Below are positions 59,574 through 64,000 of a stretch of DNA of 64,000 bases, piece by piece. The notes under the pieces were generated by a model. It saw nothing but the letters and a program-made list of their open reading frames with translations, was not told where the DNA came from and made no database searches. Position numbers and translations under genes: made by a program. Source of the DNA: an uncultured Candidatus Saccharibacteria bacterium (GTDB lineage Bacteria; Patescibacteriota; UBA1384; CAZZBO01); the NCBI GenBank assembly GCA_964652345.1, contig CAZZBO010000001.1:3892-67891 (forward strand), in the 5' to 3' direction. Position 1 is the first letter of the stretch, and the number at the start of each line of letters is the position of its first letter.

Positions 59574-60851
59574 ATGAAAATATCAAAAACAAAATTAGAC
59601 AATGGGTTAAGATTGGTGGTAGTGGAAATGCCGGACGTTCGGTCTGTGGCAACTATGTGCTTTGTTAGAGCGGGAAGTAGAAATGAGACAAGAGAAATAA
59701 ATGGAATATCTCATTTTTTGGAACATATGGTGTTTAAAGCCACAGAAAAATTCAAAAACCAACTTGAAGTCGCTCGCGCAATAGAAGGTATTGGAGGGCA
59801 ACTTAACGCTTGGACAGATCAAGATCATACTAATTATTATAATATTGTGCCAAGTGAGTATTCTAAAGTAGGAATGGAAGTTGTTAGCGAATTGGTGTTG
59901 AATCCAAAGTTAAAAAAAGAAGACCTTGAAAGAGAAAGAGGGGTGATTATCGAAGAGATGAATCGTCGCTGGGATGCTCCGGAGGACTATGTTTGGGAAC
60001 TCGCTATTGAGCAGATCTGGCCAGATCAGGCGCTTGGAATGCCAGTGATAGGCCAAAAGGAAGTAATTGAAAAAGTTACTATTGATACTTTCAAGGAATA
60101 TAGGAAAAAATGGTACACATCTGATAATATGGTTTTAGTTGTCGCTGGAAAAACTACATTTGATGATAGTAAAAAATTAACAAAAAAATATTTTGGGAAT
60201 ATTACAAAACAAGACAATAAATTTAGCCCCGAAACAGCAAAAGATGGGCAGTTAGACGCAATGGCAAAAATTTTTTCTAGAAAAACCGATCAGAGCCATC
60301 TTGTGCTCGGTATTAAAACATTTGACAGGTACAATGAAGATAAATATATTTTGAATGTTTTAAATACGATTCTAGGAATAGGGATGAGTTCACGTCTATT
60401 TATGGAAATTAGAGAGAAACGAGGACTTTGTTATTCAATTCATTCATCTACGGAACATTATTCAGATACTGGCGGATTTTTTATACACTCGGGATTAAAT
60501 ACAAAATTATTGCACGAAGCAATTAAGGCGATTTGTGAACAGTTGCAAAAATTAAAACAAAAACCGATTCCAGATGATGAACTAGACGAAGCTAAAAGAT
60601 TAATAGCGGGGTCTATTGAAATGTCTGCTGATTCTTCAAGCGCGCAAGCGATAATGTTTGGTAAACAGGCTTTAGAATATGATAAAATTTTGTCGCTTGA
60701 TGATTTGATTAAAAAACATAAAGCTGTAAGTGCAAAACAAATCCAAGATTTGGCAAAAAAAATATTCTTACCTGAAAAAACTAATTTGACTATTATTGGA
60801 CCTTTGTCTGATAAAAAATCTGAAGAATTTAAAAAATTATTGGTATTTTAA
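59574..60851 (+). CDS. M16 (pitrilysin-family) zinc peptidase
   Basis: GISHFLEHMVFK, NAWT, SSRLF.EIREKRGL.Y. Confidence 0.93.
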   Translation: MKISKTKLDNGLRLVVVEMPDVRSVATMCFVRAGSRNETREINGISHFLEHMVFKATEKFKNQLEVARAIEGIGGQLNAWTDQDHTNYYNIVPSEYSKVGMEVVSELVLNPKLKKEDLERERGVIIEEMNRRWDAPEDYVWELAIEQIWPDQALGMPVIGQKEVIEKVTIDTFKEYRKKWYTSDNMVLVVAGKTTFDDSKKLTKKYFGNITKQDNKFSPETAKDGQLDAMAKIFSRKTDQSHLVLGIKTFDRYNEDKYILNVLNTILGIGMSSRLFMEIREKRGLCYSIHSSTEHYSDTGGFFIHSGLNTKLLHEAIKAICEQLQKLKQKPIPDDELDEAKRLIAGSIEMSADSSSAQAIMFGKQALEYDKILSLDDLIKKHKAVSAKQIQDLAKKIFLPEKTNLTIIGPLSDKKSEEFKKLLVF

Positions 60852-60861
60852 TGGAGGAAAT

Positions 60862-61365
60862 ATGAAACTACCTATTGAAAAAACATTGGTAATGTTAAAA
60901 CCTGACGCTATAGAGCGAGGACTTATTGGAAAGATAATTTCAAGATTTGAAGATGTTGGATTAAAAATTGTGGGAATGAAAATGGTCTGGGTAGATAAAG
61001 ATTTTGCAAGTCGTCATTATACGGAGGACATTGCCAAAAGAAGAGGTGAAAAAGTGCGTAAAATGATGGTTGATATGATATCTTCAGGCCCAGTGGTAGC
61101 TCTTGCGATAGAAGGTATCGAAGCAATTACGGTAGTTCGAAAAATGGTGGGAGAAACAGAGCCAAAATCTGCCGCTCCCGGAACAATTCGCGGAGATTTC
61201 ACTCATGTGTCTTATCAATATTGCGATAGCAGAGAGATTGGTGTAAAGAATATTATTCATGCAAGTTCAAGTGAATCTGATGCAAAGATGGAACTTGATT
61301 TATGGTTTGCGGACAGTGAAATGTTTAATTATGAAACAGTGCATGAAAAACATATAAGAAATTAA
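60862..61365 (+). CDS. ndk: Nucleoside diphosphate kinase
   Basis: EKTLVMLKPDA, SGPVVA, PGTIRGD, NIIHAS; GGAGG before ATG 60862. Confidence 0.95.
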   Translation: MKLPIEKTLVMLKPDAIERGLIGKIISRFEDVGLKIVGMKMVWVDKDFASRHYTEDIAKRRGEKVRKMMVDMISSGPVVALAIEGIEAITVVRKMVGETEPKSAAPGTIRGDFTHVSYQYCDSREIGVKNIIHASSSESDAKMELDLWFADSEMFNYETVHEKHIRN

Positions 61366-61366
61366 A

Positions 61367-62431
61367 ATGGATTTTTTTTTCCAAAATTTGCCATTGGTTA
61401 TAATCAGTGCTTTTATTACATATATTTTTACCTTCCAAGTTATAAATCTCTCAATAAGACATAAATGGTATCCTGCGATTCGATCAAGAGATGTTCATAA
61501 AAATCCGATTCCACGTCTTGGAGGAGTAGCGATATTTTGTGCTTTTTGGTTAGTAATAATTATTTTAAGTATTTTTTTTGGAAAAAGTTTAGAATTTTCA
61601 TCGGAAAATATTTGGTTTTTTGATAAAAAAATATTTGGAATATTTCTCGGCTCTATTTTGATTTTTGCAACGGGAATTTGGGATGATAAAAAAGACATTG
61701 ATTGGAGAATTAAATTATTAGCTCAAATTATATCTGCAATATTGGTAGTAATTTTTGGAGTAAATATTGACTTTTTGTCAAATCCTTTTGGAGGACAAAT
61801 AGATCTTGGAATATGGGGGATAGGTTTAATTGTTATTTGGATGGTAGTATTGATGAATGCTCTAAATTGGCTCGATGGATTAGATGGCTTGGCAAGCGGA
61901 ATTTCGGCAATTACATCATTGATACTTGGTTTTTTAGCGCTTTCTTTAGAATCTAATCAGACAAATACTGCTTTGATTGCTTTTATTTTTTTTGGAGTTG
62001 TAATAGGGTTCTTACCAAAAAATTTTTATCCCGCGCGTATTTTTTTAGGAGATTCTGGAAGTATGTTTTTGGGATTTATGATTGCAGTTTTGGCTGTGAT
62101 TTCAGGTGGTAAGATTGCGACAGCGGCCCTTATTTTAGGATTGCCGATTCTTGATTTGATTTGGGTAGTATTGAGAAGGATTTTTTCTCATCATTCTCCT
62201 TTTTTGGCAGACAAACTTCATCTTCATCATCGTCTTTTAAATGTTGGCCTTTCTATAAAACAAGCGGTATTGTTTTTGTATATGGTAAGCGCACTTTTTG
62301 GAATAATCGCGTTAAATATTCAAGAAACTCTTACTAAATTTAAATTTGCTTTGGTGGTCGTTGCAGTAATCGTTGCTTTGGGGTTATTATTAGTATATGG
62401 ACAAAAAAATTCAGAACGAAGAAAAATATAA
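61367..62431 (+). CDS. WecA/TagO-like UndP GlcNAc-1-phosphate transferase (MraY family)
   Basis: PRLGG, WDD, NWLDGLDGL, FLGDSGS, HLHHRL. Confidence 0.9.
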   Translation: MDFFFQNLPLVIISAFITYIFTFQVINLSIRHKWYPAIRSRDVHKNPIPRLGGVAIFCAFWLVIIILSIFFGKSLEFSSENIWFFDKKIFGIFLGSILIFATGIWDDKKDIDWRIKLLAQIISAILVVIFGVNIDFLSNPFGGQIDLGIWGIGLIVIWMVVLMNALNWLDGLDGLASGISAITSLILGFLALSLESNQTNTALIAFIFFGVVIGFLPKNFYPARIFLGDSGSMFLGFMIAVLAVISGGKIATAALILGLPILDLIWVVLRRIFSHHSPFLADKLHLHHRLLNVGLSIKQAVLFLYMVSALFGIIALNIQETLTKFKFALVVVAVIVALGLLLVYGQKNSERRKI

Positions 62432-62942
62432 AGATGAATTAGTTTTTCGTGGACAAAGAAAAGACGAATATGTAATCTTTACAGCAAAACAACATTCTTG
62501 GGTTCTTGCCAAAAGAGGGTTGGTAATTTTAATTTGTTGCTTGGTTATGGTTGGGGCGGTCGCTTTTTTTGGGGCAAGTCCAATCTCTTCATGGATAATT
62601 TTTATACTGGTTGTTTTTGTTATATGTTATGGTTTTTACTATTGGTTTTTGTGGTGGAATGGTGAAATTGTGTTAACAAACCAAAGAATAATTCAAACAG
62701 TTCAGAATGGATTTTTTTCAAAAAAAATTTTAGAAACAGAGCTTGAAAAAATTCAAGACGCTGTTTGTGAAATAAAAGGATTATCAAATTCTATGCTCAA
62801 TATTGGTTCTGTTCAGTTTCAAACCGCTTCCAAAGAAAAAATAATCAAGATGGATTATTTATTGAATCCTTATGATGTTCAACAAAAAATTGTAAATGCT
62901 CAAAAGAGAACAAACCGATCCGAAAAAAGAATGATTGTCTAA
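62397..62942 (+). CDS. PH (bPH_2)-domain membrane protein
   Basis: Two TM helices; LTNQRI..Q.GFF, LEKIQD, G.V..QTA. Confidence 0.75.
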   Translation: MDKKIQNEEKYKDELVFRGQRKDEYVIFTAKQHSWVLAKRGLVILICCLVMVGAVAFFGASPISSWIIFILVVFVICYGFYYWFLWWNGEIVLTNQRIIQTVQNGFFSKKILETELEKIQDAVCEIKGLSNSMLNIGSVQFQTASKEKIIKMDYLLNPYDVQQKIVNAQKRTNRSEKRMIV

Positions 62943-64000
62943 TTTTTAGGATTTACTATTTTAGAAATTTGATTTTGTAGCTGTGAACTAAGCTCGACTT
63001 TTGTTCTGGTGCTCATTTCTTTGTATCCACCATTGAAAGGAACGCGAAGAATTACTGGAGAATCTCCAGGGTGATCTTGCAAGATGTGCTTTATTTGAAT
63101 TAGTTTTTCTTTTTTTGTGTTTTCGGGAAGATCGATGATAAAAAATTTTGAATTAATTATGTTATTAATTTTTGATTCTTTTTTTTGTTGATAGACAACT
63201 GATTGTTTATTTTCATAGTTTTTGTTTGAACTATTATAGCTAAATGTTTTAGAAATATTATTTTTTTCAAATTCTTGAATTTCTTTTTTTAAGATTTTTA
63301 GATCTGATTCTTCTGTAATTTCCCAACCGTTCTCTGCGATAAATTTTATCTCATTGTCTTTTGTGGAAATTTTACCTGTTACTAAAATAATTTTGTCCGT
63401 TCCCCAAACATTTTGAGTTTTTTCTAAAACAGTTGGAAAAACCAAAATTTCTATTTTTGAAGTTGTATCTTCAAGTGAAACAAAAAGCATCGGTTTGCCG
63501 GATTTTGTGATGAATTTTTTACCATTTGTAATTATTCCCGCGATTGTTATAAGTCCGGATTGATCTTGGGAAAGATTTTCTATTTTTGTAGTAAAGTTTA
63601 TTTTTTCTTCATATTCTTTGAGCGGATGATCCGAGAGATAAATTCCCAAAAGCTCTTTTTCCCAAGCTAATTTTTCTTTGCTTGTAGCTGGTTCCACCTT
63701 TGGAAGTTTGATAGTTAGAAATATATTTTGTTTATCTGAGCGTGATTCAAATAGAGAATCTTGATTTTTCTTTAAATTTCGATTTTTATCTTGGTTGATT
63801 TTAAGAATTTGTTCTAAAGCAGTTAATAGAGCTTTTCTTTCTCCAAGTTCATCGAGACTTCCGGACATGATAAGCGCTTCCATTGATTTTTTATTGATTA
63901 CGTTTCCAGTCAGTCTATCAGCAAAATTAGCAATAGAGCTAAATTTGCCGTTTTCTCTTCTTTGCTCGACAATGGTTTCTGCCACGCCGTAGCCAACATT
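62939..64000 (-). CDS. dnaE: DNA polymerase III alpha subunit, C-terminal part (5' end outside the window)
   Basis: NKKSMEALI.SG.LD, WEKELLGIYLSDHPL, OB-fold TKSGKPMLF..LED. Confidence 0.93.
   Translation of the reverse strand, partial: NVGYGVAETIVEQRRENGKFSSIANFADRLTGNVINKKSMEALIMSGSLDELGERKALLTALEQILKINQDKNRNLKKNQDSLFESRSDKQNIFLTIKLPKVEPATSKEKLAWEKELLGIYLSDHPLKEYEEKINFTTKIENLSQDQSGLITIAGIITNGKKFITKSGKPMLFVSLEDTTSKIEILVFPTVLEKTQNVWGTDKIILVTGKISTKDNEIKFIAENGWEITEESDLKILKKEIQEFEKNNISKTFSYNSSNKNYENKQSVVYQQKKESKINNIINSKFFIIDLPENTKKEKLIQIKHILQDHPGDSPVILRVPFNGGYKEMSTRTKVELSSQLQNQISKIVNPKN

Overview
AT-rich bacterial chromosome segment read in genetic code 11. Gene content and repeat style suggest Patescibacteria/CPR (inference). 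(1) 1-8560 is an accessory region ending at tRNA-Ser(UGA) and tRNA-Arg(GCG). It holds an NPQT-tailed surface protein, an SdpI-like protein, an orphan gene flanked by attC-like sites, an MjaII/TdeIII-like type II R-M pair, a frameshifted and IS481-truncated adenosine deaminase, and an XRE HTH. The modules are separated by recurring structured DNA elements (G-run hairpins, a 56-bp direct repeat), and a 9-bp tRNA-end core brackets about 7 kb. (2) 9.7-36.3 kb is a large surface-glycan locus (galE, GT2/GT4/GT-C enzymes, GtrA, two Wzx, two O-antigen-ligase-like genes, gmd-fcl-ColD-like). Embedded in it is a gene pair for a dockerin-bearing secreted enzyme and a membrane-anchored cohesin protein. (3) 36.4-64 kb is mostly housekeeping: hppA, VanW, pyrG, phosphomannomutase, trpS, groES/EL, FemX, pilin, efp, rpsR-ssb-rpsF, ychF, Xer recombinase, MFS, PAP2, M16 peptidase, ndk, WecA and the 3' end of dnaE. 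It also has a perfect 42-bp palindrome and a candidate small RNA. All calls come from reading the sequence and recognising motifs; no database searches were run.
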